Assembly (NCBI GenBank): GCA_049965555.1
Contig: JBMFWF010000002.1
Span: forward strand, 21,857-85,856
Source of the DNA: Candidatus Parvarchaeum sp.
GTDB taxonomy: Archaea; Nanobdellota; Nanobdellia; Parvarchaeales; Parvarchaeaceae
Length of the DNA: 64,000 bases
Direction of reading: 5' to 3'
This document shows, one piece after another, positions 1 to 8,817 of the stretch. Within the stretch, counting starts at the first letter, position 1. Each line of letters begins with the position of its first letter. The notes beneath the pieces were generated by a model. The model did no database searches. It had not been told where the DNA came from and saw only the letters and a program-made list of their open reading frames with translations. A program made the position numbers and the translations under genes.

Positions 1-1927
1 GTATTGCCCTTATAGGCAAGAACCTAAGTATTATAAAAGCTATGGAAAGGAAAAATGCTATCTGGAATATTCTAGCCACTTTATTTAATGTATAACTTAT
101 CATCCTTTCAAATATTGACCTGCTTTCTTTTACAGCATTTACTATCGGCTCTATCCCCGGAGAAGTCAGAACTATTGTTGCTGCGCTTTTTGCTACGTCG
201 GTTGCATTAGAAACAGCTATGCCCACCTCTGCTTGTTTTAGGGCAGGCGCATCATTAACTCCGTCTCCAGTCATCCCGACGTGGTAACCTGCATCCTGTA
301 ATGCCTTTACTATTGTGTATTTGTCTTTTGGGAAAACCCCTGCGAAACCATCATGCTCTATAACCAGCTTTGAAAGTGTTTTTTCGTCCAAGCCCTCTAA
401 TGTCTTAACATCAAGTATCTTTTCTCCAATCCCAACTTCCTTAGCTATTTCCTTTGCAGTATCTATGTTATCGCCTGTTAGCATCTTTGTCTTTATTCCG
501 AGCGCTTTAAGCTCCTCTATAAGTTTTTTACTGTCCTCTCTAGGCTTATCATTCAAAGGTATTACACCAACAAATGACCATTCTTTTTTATTAGCTAATT
601 TGGCAGCCACAGCTATAGTGCGATACCCTTTTAAGGACATCTCCTTTATCTTTGCGTTAACTTTTTTAATCTCAGAAGCGTCTAAAGAGCATTTTTTCAT
701 TACAACTGCAGGAAATCCCTTAATAGCAGACATTTTTTTACCATTGAGTATAACATCTGCCTGTGACATCTTTGTAGACGGATTAAAAGGAGTGAACTTT
801 ACAAGTTTATAATTTAATTCCAATTTCTTGGTATCGTATTTTTTTAGTCCATCTATTACTGCGTTGTCTATCTCATCGTTATCCTCCCTTCTTGAAGCGA
901 TAGAACCATAAAAAAGTACTTCTTCTGCTGAGAATTTCCCATAACCAAATGGATCCGAAACCGAAAGTTGATTGCCGGTTATCGTGCCGGTCTTATCAAG
1001 ACAGACTACATTCATTGTAGATGCCTCTTCAATCGCTTCAAGCTTTGTAACCAGGATATTCTTTGAGGATAACCTTTCAGTCCCATATGCCATTGCAACT
1101 GTGAACGCAGCAGGCAGGCCTACCGGCACTGATACAAGAAGGATAAGAAGTGAGAAAGGTACGATAGTAAGCAGGTTTATATGAGATACATAAGAAGCTA
1201 TGAAAACTGCGGCTATGAGCATAACGTCAACAAATATAAGATATTTAAGTAGCTTCAAAATATCACTCTCTAAATGCATTCTTCCGCCGGCGATTCTTAC
1301 AAGATCTGCAGTTTTTCCGAATGATGTGTTATTACCTGTCTTCAAAACCATTGCTGTAGCTTCTCCTTCTCTTACTGTTGATGAAGAAAATATTATCTCC
1401 CCTTCTTTTTTATCAACCGGCAAGGATTCTCCGGTTAACATGGACTGATCAACAGAGAGGTAATCTCCTTCGATTATAAGACAGTCTGCAGGCACTATAT
1501 CTCCCAGTCTTATTCTTATTATATCTCCTGGGACTAGAAACTTGGCAGGCATCTTTTTCCACTCATTGTTTCTTTCAACATTAACGTTCACAGACAACTT
1601 GTTCTTTAAAAGTTCAAGTGTATTGTCAGCCTTGAATTCCTCAAGGAAACCGGCTATTCCATTGAATAAAAGAAGGCCGATAACTATGTATGCATCAATG
1701 TTTTTGCCGAGAAGAAATGAAATCGCTATAACAATGAAAAGCATAAAAGGTATCGGGCCCCAGAACTTCAAAATAAATTTTTTTATTGAGCTCACATTTT
1801 TGCTTTCAATCTGATTGTAGCCGTATTTTTTCAGTCTTTCTTCTGCCTCTTTTTCTGAAAGTCCGTTTTTGCTCGAAGACAATCTTCTAAATTCTTCTTC
1901 CTTGTTTAGTTTTTTGTCTTTCTCCAT
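1..1927 (-). CDS. P-type cation-transporting ATPase (plasma-membrane H+/Mg2+-type), C-terminus truncated by window edge
   Basis: Reverse-strand translation gives the DKTGTIT phosphorylation motif (nt ~977-997), TGES, and MTGDGVNDAPALK (nt ~250-290). Start ATG at 1925-1927. The listed + strand ORFs 315-1814 are antisense shadows of this gene. Confidence 0.85.
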   Translation of the reverse strand, partial: MEKDKKLNKEEEFRRLSSSKNGLSEKEAEERLKKYGYNQIESKNVSSIKKFILKFWGPIPFMLFIVIAISFLLGKNIDAYIVIGLLLFNGIAGFLEEFKADNTLELLKNKLSVNVNVERNNEWKKMPAKFLVPGDIIRIRLGDIVPADCLIIEGDYLSVDQSMLTGESLPVDKKEGEIIFSSSTVREGEATAMVLKTGNNTSFGKTADLVRIAGGRMHLESDILKLLKYLIFVDVMLIAAVFIASYVSHINLLTIVPFSLLILLVSVPVGLPAAFTVAMAYGTERLSSKNILVTKLEAIEEASTMNVVCLDKTGTITGNQLSVSDPFGYGKFSAEEVLFYGSIASRREDNDEIDNAVIDGLKKYDTKKLELNYKLVKFTPFNPSTKMSQADVILNGKKMSAIKGFPAVVMKKCSLDASEIKKVNAKIKEMSLKGYRTIAVAAKLANKKEWSFVGVIPLNDKPREDSKKLIEELKALGIKTKMLTGDNIDTAKEIAKEVGIGEKILDVKTLEGLDEKTLSKLVIEHDGFAGVFPKDKYTIVKALQDAGYHVGMTGDGVNDAPALKQAEVGIAVSNATDVAKSAATIVLTSPGIEPIVNAVKESRSIFERMISYTLNKVARIFQIAFFLSIAFIILRFLPIRAI

Positions 1928-1928
1928 A

Positions 1929-2465
1929 TCAATCGCTTATTAATCCTATGAAAAGTTTGTCATCGCCCTTGAATTTTTTCTCGCCGGGAAGCCTTAAAAA
2001 GAGGTATACCTTTCTCCCATTAAATATGAAACGCAATGGCGGGGAATAAGGATAGAATTCCTTCCTAAAAAGCTTATCATAACCAACCTTTACTTCCGAG
2101 ATTGATTTCTTTTCAACTCTCATGAGCAAAGTGTCCAGTTTTTTGTTGTAGAATTCTATGCTTTCCTGAGTTATCTCTACAAAACCCGAATGCTTGTGCA
2201 GAGGTTTTATTGAGCTTCTGCCGACTCTAGCAATGACTTTTTTATGAAGGCCTAATTCCAGCAATTCTTTTCTAAATATCCATACTGCTTCAAACAGACC
2301 AAGCCCTCTTTTTAAAGAGTCATTTATAAATTTCATCCTGGGAGTTTCTCCCCTAAAAATGTCTACTATGTTAAGTATATTCTTGTCTACTGAAACACTG
2401 GCATTCTCCTTTCCTAAATCTCTGCTGTAAAACTTAAATAAAACAGGTTCAAAGGTCGTGGACAT
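1929..2465 (-). CDS. hypothetical protein (178 aa), 1-nt gap to the ATPase start
   Basis: Intact ORF occupying the position where nusG usually follows secE. No KOW/NGN motif recognisable. Confidence 0.4.
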   Translation of the reverse strand: MSTTFEPVLFKFYSRDLGKENASVSVDKNILNIVDIFRGETPRMKFINDSLKRGLGLFEAVWIFRKELLELGLHKKVIARVGRSSIKPLHKHSGFVEITQESIEFYNKKLDTLLMRVEKKSISEVKVGYDKLFRKEFYPYSPPLRFIFNGRKVYLFLRLPGEKKFKGDDKLFIGLISD

Positions 2466-2551
2466 ATTATTATGTTGCCTTCAATTCATTTATAGTTTCT
2501 TATTACTCAGTTTACCAAAGTTAGCAAACAATTTTGCTGCTATTATAAAAT

Positions 2552-3031
2552 TCAGATAACCTGGATTATCATTTGTATTATAAAACCGAGAACCCCTATT
2601 ATAAATGTACCAATAATGACCATTATAGAAAGTTCCTTGAACTCTTGCTTTGTAGGCTTTCTTGCAAGATGGATTATCCTGCTGTACTCAAACCTGTAGT
2701 GCTCAAGCTTTGCCTTTATATTCATTGGATGGGCCTTTTTTATTGCATTTTTTATATGATATAGGTGGAACCTTCTTTTCTTTACCTGTGGTTTTTCTTC
2801 CTTACGGCTGCTGTTTACATTGTTTTGTACAGCCGTTTCTACAGGTTTCTTTTGATTTATATTCTGCGCGGTATTTTGAGCATTGTTTTGATTATTGCTA
2901 GAATTGACTGGTTGGAGAGTGTTTTGATTTTGCTGAATATTCTCCGTGGGCTTAGCTTCGCTTTTTATTGTTTCCTGCTGCTTGTTTGAATCACTCAAAT
3001 TAGCGTCTGCAAGGCTCTTATTTTCCTCCAT
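2552..3031 (-). CDS. secE: preprotein translocase SecE / Sec61-gamma with long N/Q-rich N-terminal extension
   Basis: C-terminal ...RKPTKQEFKELSIMVIIGTFIIGVLGFIIQMI matches the archaeal SecE KP-motif plus single TM. Immediately downstream of ftsZ1 as in Methanocaldococcus MJ0370-MJ0371. N-terminal ~95 aa is low-complexity Q/N-rich. Confidence 0.7.
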   Translation of the reverse strand: MEENKSLADANLSDSNKQQETIKSEAKPTENIQQNQNTLQPVNSSNNQNNAQNTAQNINQKKPVETAVQNNVNSSRKEEKPQVKKRRFHLYHIKNAIKKAHPMNIKAKLEHYRFEYSRIIHLARKPTKQEFKELSIMVIIGTFIIGVLGFIIQMIIQVI

Positions 3032-3033
3032 AA

Positions 3034-4161
3034 TCAGCTTAGAAAGGTTATACCAAGTTCATCTTCAACTTCCTGTTTCTCCTTCAACTGCTGGTCTTCT
3101 GCTATCGATTTGCCGCTTATCTGCTTCGAAGTCACACCAGTTATTATGGCCAAAACCTTTACAGTATTCTTTAAATCTGGGAATATGTGGGCACCCCAAA
3201 TTATATTTATATCCTCAGGCAATTTCTGGCCTATAAGATCGACCAATTTGTTTGCTTCCTCAAGAGTAAGCGAAGGCCCTCCGCTTACGTCTATAAGCAT
3301 TCCTCTTGCGGTCGAGACATCGACATCTATAAGTGGATTATTAAGCACTTTCTCTACAACGGTTTCAAGTTTCTTGTCTTTTGCATCGCTTTCTCCAGTG
3401 CCTATCAGCGCTACACCGCCATTAGACATTATTCTTTTCACGTCTGCGAAATCGACGTTTATTAAGCCAGGCTTTGTTATCAATTCAGTTATACCCTTAA
3501 CGGCATTTGTAAGAACGTCGTCAGCTATCTTTAATGCTATTGGCAAAGGCAGCCCAGGAGCAATCGCCATAAGCTTTTCATTAGGGACTGTTATCAAAGT
3601 ATCTACTGTATTTTTAAGTTTTTCCACGCCGTTAAGTGCAGCATTCATTCTTCTTCTGCCTTCGGCCTTAAATGGTAAAGTGACTACTGCTATAGTAAGC
3701 GCATTTATTTTCTTGGAAACTGACGCAACGACCGGCGCCGCACCAGTACCTGTTCCGCCTCCCATACCGCAGCATATGAAAACCAGATCTGCTCCTTGAA
3801 GGGCCTCCTTAAGTTCTTGCTCCTGCTCTTTTGCAGCAGCTTCACCAACTGCAGGGTCTGCACCGGCACCTAATCCATTAGTTAATTCCTTTCCTATGAG
3901 TATCTTTTTATCAGCAGGTGTGCAAAGCAGATCTGCAGCATCCGTATTGACTGCTATAAATTCCGCTCCTTTTATGCCTACTTCAAACATTCTGTTAAGA
4001 GTATTGTTTCCAGAACCGCCTACTCCAACTACTTTGATGTTCGCTCTCCTTGATGCTATCAATTCTTCTAAAGACTTATCAAATTCTTTGGTTTTGCTAG
4101 CATCGTATTTTATTCCCTTTATTCCCTGACTGAGTGAATTATTCATTTGTATATCATCCAT
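3034..4161 (-). CDS. ftsZ1: cell division GTPase FtsZ (FtsZ1-type, secE-linked)
   Basis: Tubulin signature GMGGGTGTGAAPVVA, and N-terminal KVVGVGGSGNN. Confidence 0.95.
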   Translation of the reverse strand: MDDIQMNNSLSQGIKGIKYDASKTKEFDKSLEELIASRRANIKVVGVGGSGNNTLNRMFEVGIKGAEFIAVNTDAADLLCTPADKKILIGKELTNGLGAGADPAVGEAAAKEQEQELKEALQGADLVFICCGMGGGTGTGAAPVVASVSKKINALTIAVVTLPFKAEGRRRMNAALNGVEKLKNTVDTLITVPNEKLMAIAPGLPLPIALKIADDVLTNAVKGITELITKPGLINVDFADVKRIMSNGGVALIGTGESDAKDKKLETVVEKVLNNPLIDVDVSTARGMLIDVSGGPSLTLEEANKLVDLIGQKLPEDINIIWGAHIFPDLKNTVKVLAIITGVTSKQISGKSIAEDQQLKEKQEVEDELGITFLS

Positions 4162-4208
4162 AAGTTTACCTCAATAGATTAATCATTTCGCATTATATAT
4201 AAATATCT

Positions 4209-4856
4209 CTAATCTTTTATTATCTCAGTTTTAATTTTTTTGTCAATATATTTTTCTATATCCATGGATATGCTGTCTTTTATGTAAGGTTTTACGTCCT
4301 CTTTCGTATGGATTTTCACGTTTTCGTTCTCTATTTCTATGTTTTCAGGTTTTTTACCAACATAATGCTCAAATATTGCTGAATACTTGTCTTTCTCATT
4401 CTCTATTATCGAAACTATCTCGATTTCGTATTTTAGTTCTTTTCCTGCTAATGGATGATTATAACTTACAAGCACTCTGCCGCTGTTTATTGCCAATACT
4501 GTAGCCATTTTGTCGTCCAAAAGAACCATGTCGCCTACTGCAGGATTTATATTATTGCTTCTGAAAACTGTTATTCCGTAAGTTTTTATAAGCCTTTTGT
4601 CAAACTCTCCGAATCCATCTTTTGGCTGCACTGTCAATTCATATTTGTCCCCTTGATTCTTTCCTATAACAGAATCAGAGATAACCTTCAATACATAATT
4701 TCCGCCGGGTATTACAAGCACTGGAGAAAAGTTATAATCTCCCTTAATGTTCTCTTTTTCCGCTACTTTCTTGTCGGTTAAATCAAATATCTGGCCGGTA
4801 GAAGCTATCCTTCCGACAAAATTAATCATTACAAAATCATTTTCCTTAATCATCAC
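4209..4856 (-). CDS. FKBP-type peptidyl-prolyl cis-trans isomerase (SlyD-like with IF insert)
   Basis: FKBP fold motifs and the C-terminal HPLAGKELKYEIEIV typical of archaeal FKBP. Confidence 0.75.
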   Translation of the reverse strand: MMIKENDFVMINFVGRIASTGQIFDLTDKKVAEKENIKGDYNFSPVLVIPGGNYVLKVISDSVIGKNQGDKYELTVQPKDGFGEFDKRLIKTYGITVFRSNNINPAVGDMVLLDDKMATVLAINSGRVLVSYNHPLAGKELKYEIEIVSIIENEKDKYSAIFEHYVGKKPENIEIENENVKIHTKEDVKPYIKDSISMDIEKYIDKKIKTEIIKD

Positions 4857-5125
4857 TGCCTCTTCATCTCAATTGATATAAATGAAACGTTCCTTTTCTT
4901 TCCTTCCTTATCTGTAAGCTCTTCGGTTCCTATTTCAATGCCGGAAATTTTGAGGTCTTTCATGAATTTATGCATAGTGACCTGGGATATGTCGACTGCA
5001 GTAGAAATAGATGAACCCCTTGCCTTTATTATAACCTGATTATTTCCGGAGTTCAAATGGGTAAGTATGGCCATCACATAAGACATTATAGGTTTTTTCC
5101 CTACAAAAATTATATCATTTTCCAT
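4853..5125 (-). CDS. albA: DNA/RNA-binding protein Alba
   Basis: IIFVGKKPIMSYVMAILTHL...IKARGSSISTAVDISQV...IGTEEL matches the Alba family. 4-nt overlap with the FKBP gene. Confidence 0.85.
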   Translation of the reverse strand: MENDIIFVGKKPIMSYVMAILTHLNSGNNQVIIKARGSSISTAVDISQVTMHKFMKDLKISGIEIGTEELTDKEGKKRNVSFISIEMKRQ

Positions 5126-5178
5126 AATTCTATTTTTTGAATTTATATGTATATAAGCATTTATGTTTTGCTGAAATA

Positions 5179-5538
5179 TTATCTGCTGCTTATTTTCACG
5201 GCCCTGCCGTCGAAAGATAACGTCCTTATACCAAGCTTATTTGCCCGCGATCTTAACTCCTTATCTTCCGTAAAAAGAATTTTGTTTTCATGCAAACAAA
5301 AATCCAGTAAAGTGTCGTCAGTGCTTTTGCCTTTATCAAATTCTATTGTCTTTAAGCCGTAGGAAATAAAAAAGCTCTTTACATCCTGCCTTTTAATAGT
5401 ATTTAATTCATCCATACATTTCTTGATAGTTGAAATTGAAAAGCTGCTCTGGAAAAAAGCATCAAGCAAATTTATCAGATCGAGTTTATTGTCAAAGCAA
5501 TAAACCATAACGTTTGTGTCTATGACAACCTCATTCAT
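5179..5538 (-). CDS. PIN-domain nuclease (the aIF2gamma-associated PIN protein)
   Basis: N-terminal VIDTNV acidic PIN motif. Overlaps the aIF2gamma stop. Conserved archaeal neighbourhood S6e-aIF2gamma-PIN. Confidence 0.7.
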   Translation of the reverse strand: MNEVVIDTNVMVYCFDNKLDLINLLDAFFQSSFSISTIKKCMDELNTIKRQDVKSFFISYGLKTIEFDKGKSTDDTLLDFCLHENKILFTEDKELRSRANKLGIRTLSFDGRAVKISSR

Positions 5539-6712
5539 ATATATTTCCTGATCCTGCTATTGTCCAAACATTGTTGATTTTTCTTGACAAAATGGCCCTT
5601 TCGCCGATAAAATACGGCAATGCCGAATTTCCCAAATTTACAATTAGCCCGTTATTTGAATAAGAAACAATAGTTCCAAGAACCTTTGAAGAAAGAACAT
5701 TTAAAAGAACTGTTTCGTTTTTCTGCGGAGGCTTGCTGAACTTATCTTTTATAGGCTCGTATTTCATTGCTATCCTGTTTTTAAACAATGGAACAGTATC
5801 ACTTTTTACAATTAGAGAGCCTGCCAGATTGTCTCTTCTTGCAAGCGAAGGATCTAAATCCGTTTCTAATCCTATCATTAAGCCCCTTGAAACCTCCTTT
5901 TCTGGACCGAATTCACTTTGTATGCTTAAAACCTTGGTCTTTAAAGGCTTCCACGAATTTTTAATATAGACACCTGGATAAACTACCACTGGATCATTAA
6001 TTTTTAATGAACCTGATTTTAATCCTCCTCCTAAAACCCCTCCTTTAAGTTCATTTATGTCCGTGCCTGGCTTGTTGATGTCAAAGCTCCTTACAACTAC
6101 CATCTCTGTTCTTTCTTCCTTTGGACTGTCCGGCACTTCAAACTTGCCTATTTCCTGTATAAGCTCTGTAATGTTTACGTCCTGTGCAGCGAATACCGGT
6201 ATTATTTTTGCATCGGGATAACCGTTTTTTGACATGAAATCTTTTATTTCATTATAGCTTTCCTTTGCACGATCCTTTCCAACAACATCTATTTTTGTCT
6301 GTGCTACGACTATGTTTTTAACTCCTATTATGCGCAATGCCTCTATATGCTCTTGTGTCTGAGGCTGAGGACACTTTTGATTAGCAGCTATAACAAGAAC
6401 TGCTCCGTCAACTAAAGTTGCCCCGCTTAGCATTATAGTCATCAAGGTTTTATGCCCAGGTGAGTCTATTATTGAAACTCTGTAGTAAAGGCTTGCATTT
6501 GAATTGCATACCTCACATTTTTCATGTCTGCTGAATGAACCGCATGAATCGCACTTGTATATGAGAAAATGAGCATAACCAAGCCTTATTGTTATCCCTC
6601 TCTTCTTTTCTTCGCTGTGCCTTAAAGTAGATTCGCTAGTAATTGCCCTTACTAAAGTCGTCTTACCATCGGCGAAATTACCAACTACATCTATTGTTAT
6701 ATCCTTAACCAT
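5531..6712 (-). CDS. eif2g: translation initiation factor aIF2 gamma subunit
   Basis: G1 GNFADGKTTL, zinc ribbon CDSCGS...CEVC, DSPGH, and domain II/III beta-barrels. Confidence 0.9.
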   Translation of the reverse strand: MVKDITIDVVGNFADGKTTLVRAITSESTLRHSEEKKRGITIRLGYAHFLIYKCDSCGSFSRHEKCEVCNSNASLYYRVSIIDSPGHKTLMTIMLSGATLVDGAVLVIAANQKCPQPQTQEHIEALRIIGVKNIVVAQTKIDVVGKDRAKESYNEIKDFMSKNGYPDAKIIPVFAAQDVNITELIQEIGKFEVPDSPKEERTEMVVVRSFDINKPGTDINELKGGVLGGGLKSGSLKINDPVVVYPGVYIKNSWKPLKTKVLSIQSEFGPEKEVSRGLMIGLETDLDPSLARRDNLAGSLIVKSDTVPLFKNRIAMKYEPIKDKFSKPPQKNETVLLNVLSSKVLGTIVSYSNNGLIVNLGNSALPYFIGERAILSRKINNVWTIAGSGNIYE

Positions 6713-7082
6713 TAGAAGGCGTAAATAACTGCTCCAAAGATTTTTCCCCGTACTTTGATATTTTTATGTTAATTTGAGACGTAAACTGACTTATAGTATT
6801 TCCGGCAATGCTCTTCCTCCTGCGTATGTTCTGTTTATTCCCCAGTCCCTTGCCTATGAGAACTTTTCTAAGGCCTGAGCCGTCTAAGTCCTTTGACATA
6901 GGCATTCCAGTCATATAGCTTCCGCCGGTTATTATTCCAGAGTAGCCGTCCAAACCTAAAACAGAAAGATCCAGTTCCTCGCCTATCTTTTTTCCGAATA
7001 ACTGGTCTGCTTTGTCGCTTTCCAGCGTTTTATTAAATGACCTGCCTGTTTTCGAATCGTTTATTACAATCTTCATCTCCAT
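6705..7082 (-). CDS. rps6e: 30S ribosomal protein S6e
   Basis: GGSYMTGMPM...RRRKSIAGNTIS matches the S6e core. 8-nt overlap with aIF2gamma. Confidence 0.8.
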   Translation of the reverse strand: MEMKIVINDSKTGRSFNKTLESDKADQLFGKKIGEELDLSVLGLDGYSGIITGGSYMTGMPMSKDLDGSGLRKVLIGKGLGNKQNIRRRKSIAGNTISQFTSQINIKISKYGEKSLEQLFTPSNG

Positions 7083-7158
7083 AGACTTTATTAGATATAA
7101 CTGTTATTTATAAATAGCTTTGCATTAGAATAAATAACTTATTAAATAGCAAAACTAT
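7083..7158. promoter_or_regulatory. divergent AT-rich promoter region with TATA-like elements (tttataaata)
   Basis: Intergenic between divergent rps6e and the dph2 C-fragment. TTTATAAATA at 7116-7125. Confidence 0.3.
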
Positions 7159-7857
7159 TTGGTTGAAATGGAAATGATCTTTGTTGAATCTAGATTCAAG
7201 GGAAAGCTAAGCGAGGAATTTGTAAAAAGGATTTACGATGAAATAAAACCATATAAAAAGATAAACTTGGTAGCTGCAATACAGTTCATAGACCAAATGA
7301 ATGATTTTAAGGACAGGATAAAAGACAAGGAATTTGTAGTCAAGCAGTCTCTTTACAGAGCAATGTACCCCGGGCAGATTCTGGGCTGCGATGTTTATGC
7401 TGCCGACTGCAGTGACTGCGATGCAACTTTGGCATTTGAACAGGGCATGTTTCACGTTCTTGGAATACCGCTTAAATATGGGAAAACGGTAATAACTGCG
7501 GATCCTGAAACTGAGAATATAGAAGTAATAAATGCTGAAGTAGCTGATAAATACAGGAAAAGAATAATGCAGGGCATAGGCGCAGTATTGACTGCCAAAA
7601 AAGTCATGTTTGTAGAGTCTACAAAGGCAGGGCAGACATACGGCTCAAAACTTTTAAAGGAAAAGCTAAGAAAGGACGGCAAGCAGGTTTATTCTGTAGT
7701 TGCAGATGAAATAAACTTTGAGAGATTAAATGAATTCAGGGAAATAGACGTTTTCATAAGCACTGCCTGCCAAAGAATAGCCATAGATGACATGAACAAG
7801 GTCAAAAAACCAATGATAAATGCAGAGGACCTCGAAAGTTATCTTAAAGAGAAATGA
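7159..7857 (+). CDS. dph2: diphthamide synthase Dph2, C-terminal two-thirds (domains 2-3) encoded as a separate gene
   Basis: Colinear with Pyrococcus Dph2 from the IFVP... position. Conserved GQILGCD and STACQRIAIDD Cys motifs. Lacks domain 1, which is encoded at 49941-50261. Confidence 0.7.
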   Translation: MVEMEMIFVESRFKGKLSEEFVKRIYDEIKPYKKINLVAAIQFIDQMNDFKDRIKDKEFVVKQSLYRAMYPGQILGCDVYAADCSDCDATLAFEQGMFHVLGIPLKYGKTVITADPETENIEVINAEVADKYRKRIMQGIGAVLTAKKVMFVESTKAGQTYGSKLLKEKLRKDGKQVYSVVADEINFERLNEFREIDVFISTACQRIAIDDMNKVKKPMINAEDLESYLKEK

Positions 7858-7890
7858 AATAGATTTAAATAACCAAATTCATAAATCAGT

Positions 7891-8817
7891 ATGAAGGCAA
7901 TAGTCACTGGCGGAGCTGGCTTTATAGGCTCACATATTGCTGAAAGCCTTTTAAAGGAAGGCTATTCAGTCTCTGTAATCGATTCTTTAAACACAGGCAA
8001 TAAAAACAACCTAAAAGCAATATCCAGTAAAATAAAGTTCATAAAGGGCAATTCATCGCAGATATCAAAACTTGGAAAAGCCGACATAGTATTCCATGAA
8101 GGGATTTATTCATCGACCCCTATGTACAGAAAAGACAATACTTTGATCGGAAAAGCGATCTCTGAATTTATAGCAGTCTTAAATTACTGTGTAAAAAACA
8201 AATGCAAGCTTGTTTTTGCTTCAAGTTCATCTATATACAACGGTTACCCCCCGCCCCACAAGGAAGACATGCTTCCAAAAGTTAAGGATTTTTACACTGA
8301 AGCAAGATACCCAATGGAGAGGCTTGCGGAGCTTTTCAGACAGATGTATGGATTGGAGTACTGCGGATTAAGGTATTTCAGTGTGTATGGGGATAGAGAA
8401 GAGAGTAAAAAAGAATTCGCGAATATGGTTTCCCAGATAATATGGAAGGGCTTATTAGATAAAGAATTAGTAATATATGGAGATGGCACACAGAGGAGAG
8501 ATCTTATAAACATTGCAGATGTTGTATATGCCAACCTGCTTGCTGCGAAAAGCAAGGAAAATGGGATTTTCAATGTGGGCACAGGAGTGTCATATTCATT
8601 TAATGAAATAATAGAAAAAGTAGGAAATGCTATGGGTAAAAAGATAAAGGTAAAGAACATTGAAAACCCGCTCAAAAATTATGTAGAAGTGGTTCATGCT
8701 GACACTGAAAAAAGCAGGGAAAAGCTGGGTTTCTCTGCAAAGATAAAGGCAGAAGAAGGAATAAATATGGCCTTAGATTATTATAAAAAACTCAAGAAAG
8801 TACCTGACATATTTTAA
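7891..8817 (+). CDS. NAD-dependent nucleoside-diphosphate-sugar epimerase/dehydratase
   Basis: Rossmann motif VTGGAGFIGSH and a YxxxK family fold. Confidence 0.85.
   Translation: MKAIVTGGAGFIGSHIAESLLKEGYSVSVIDSLNTGNKNNLKAISSKIKFIKGNSSQISKLGKADIVFHEGIYSSTPMYRKDNTLIGKAISEFIAVLNYCVKNKCKLVFASSSSIYNGYPPPHKEDMLPKVKDFYTEARYPMERLAELFRQMYGLEYCGLRYFSVYGDREESKKEFANMVSQIIWKGLLDKELVIYGDGTQRRDLINIADVVYANLLAAKSKENGIFNVGTGVSYSFNEIIEKVGNAMGKKIKVKNIENPLKNYVEVVHADTEKSREKLGFSAKIKAEEGINMALDYYKKLKKVPDIF

Noticed and set aside
315-1814. Four + strand ORFs (315-812, 972-1184, 1200-1448, 1542-1814)
   Set aside because: They lie antisense within the P-type ATPase gene, whose minus-strand translation shows the DKTGT, TGES and GDGVNDAPAL motifs. 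Their low-complexity S/F/I-rich products are typical shadow ORFs.
1929-2465. Expected nusG/spt5 after secE
   Set aside because: The ORF at this position lacks NGN and KOW (GxxVxVxxGPFxG) motifs. Kept as hypothetical.
2573-3236. Several + ORFs overlapping secE/ftsZ1
   Set aside because: Antisense to convincing coding genes. Hydrophobic nonsense composition.
3110-3799. 229-aa + ORF antisense to ftsZ1, and the similar 200-aa ORF 14982-15584 antisense to ftsZ2
   Set aside because: Mirror-strand ORFs of strongly conserved FtsZ genes. No independent signals.
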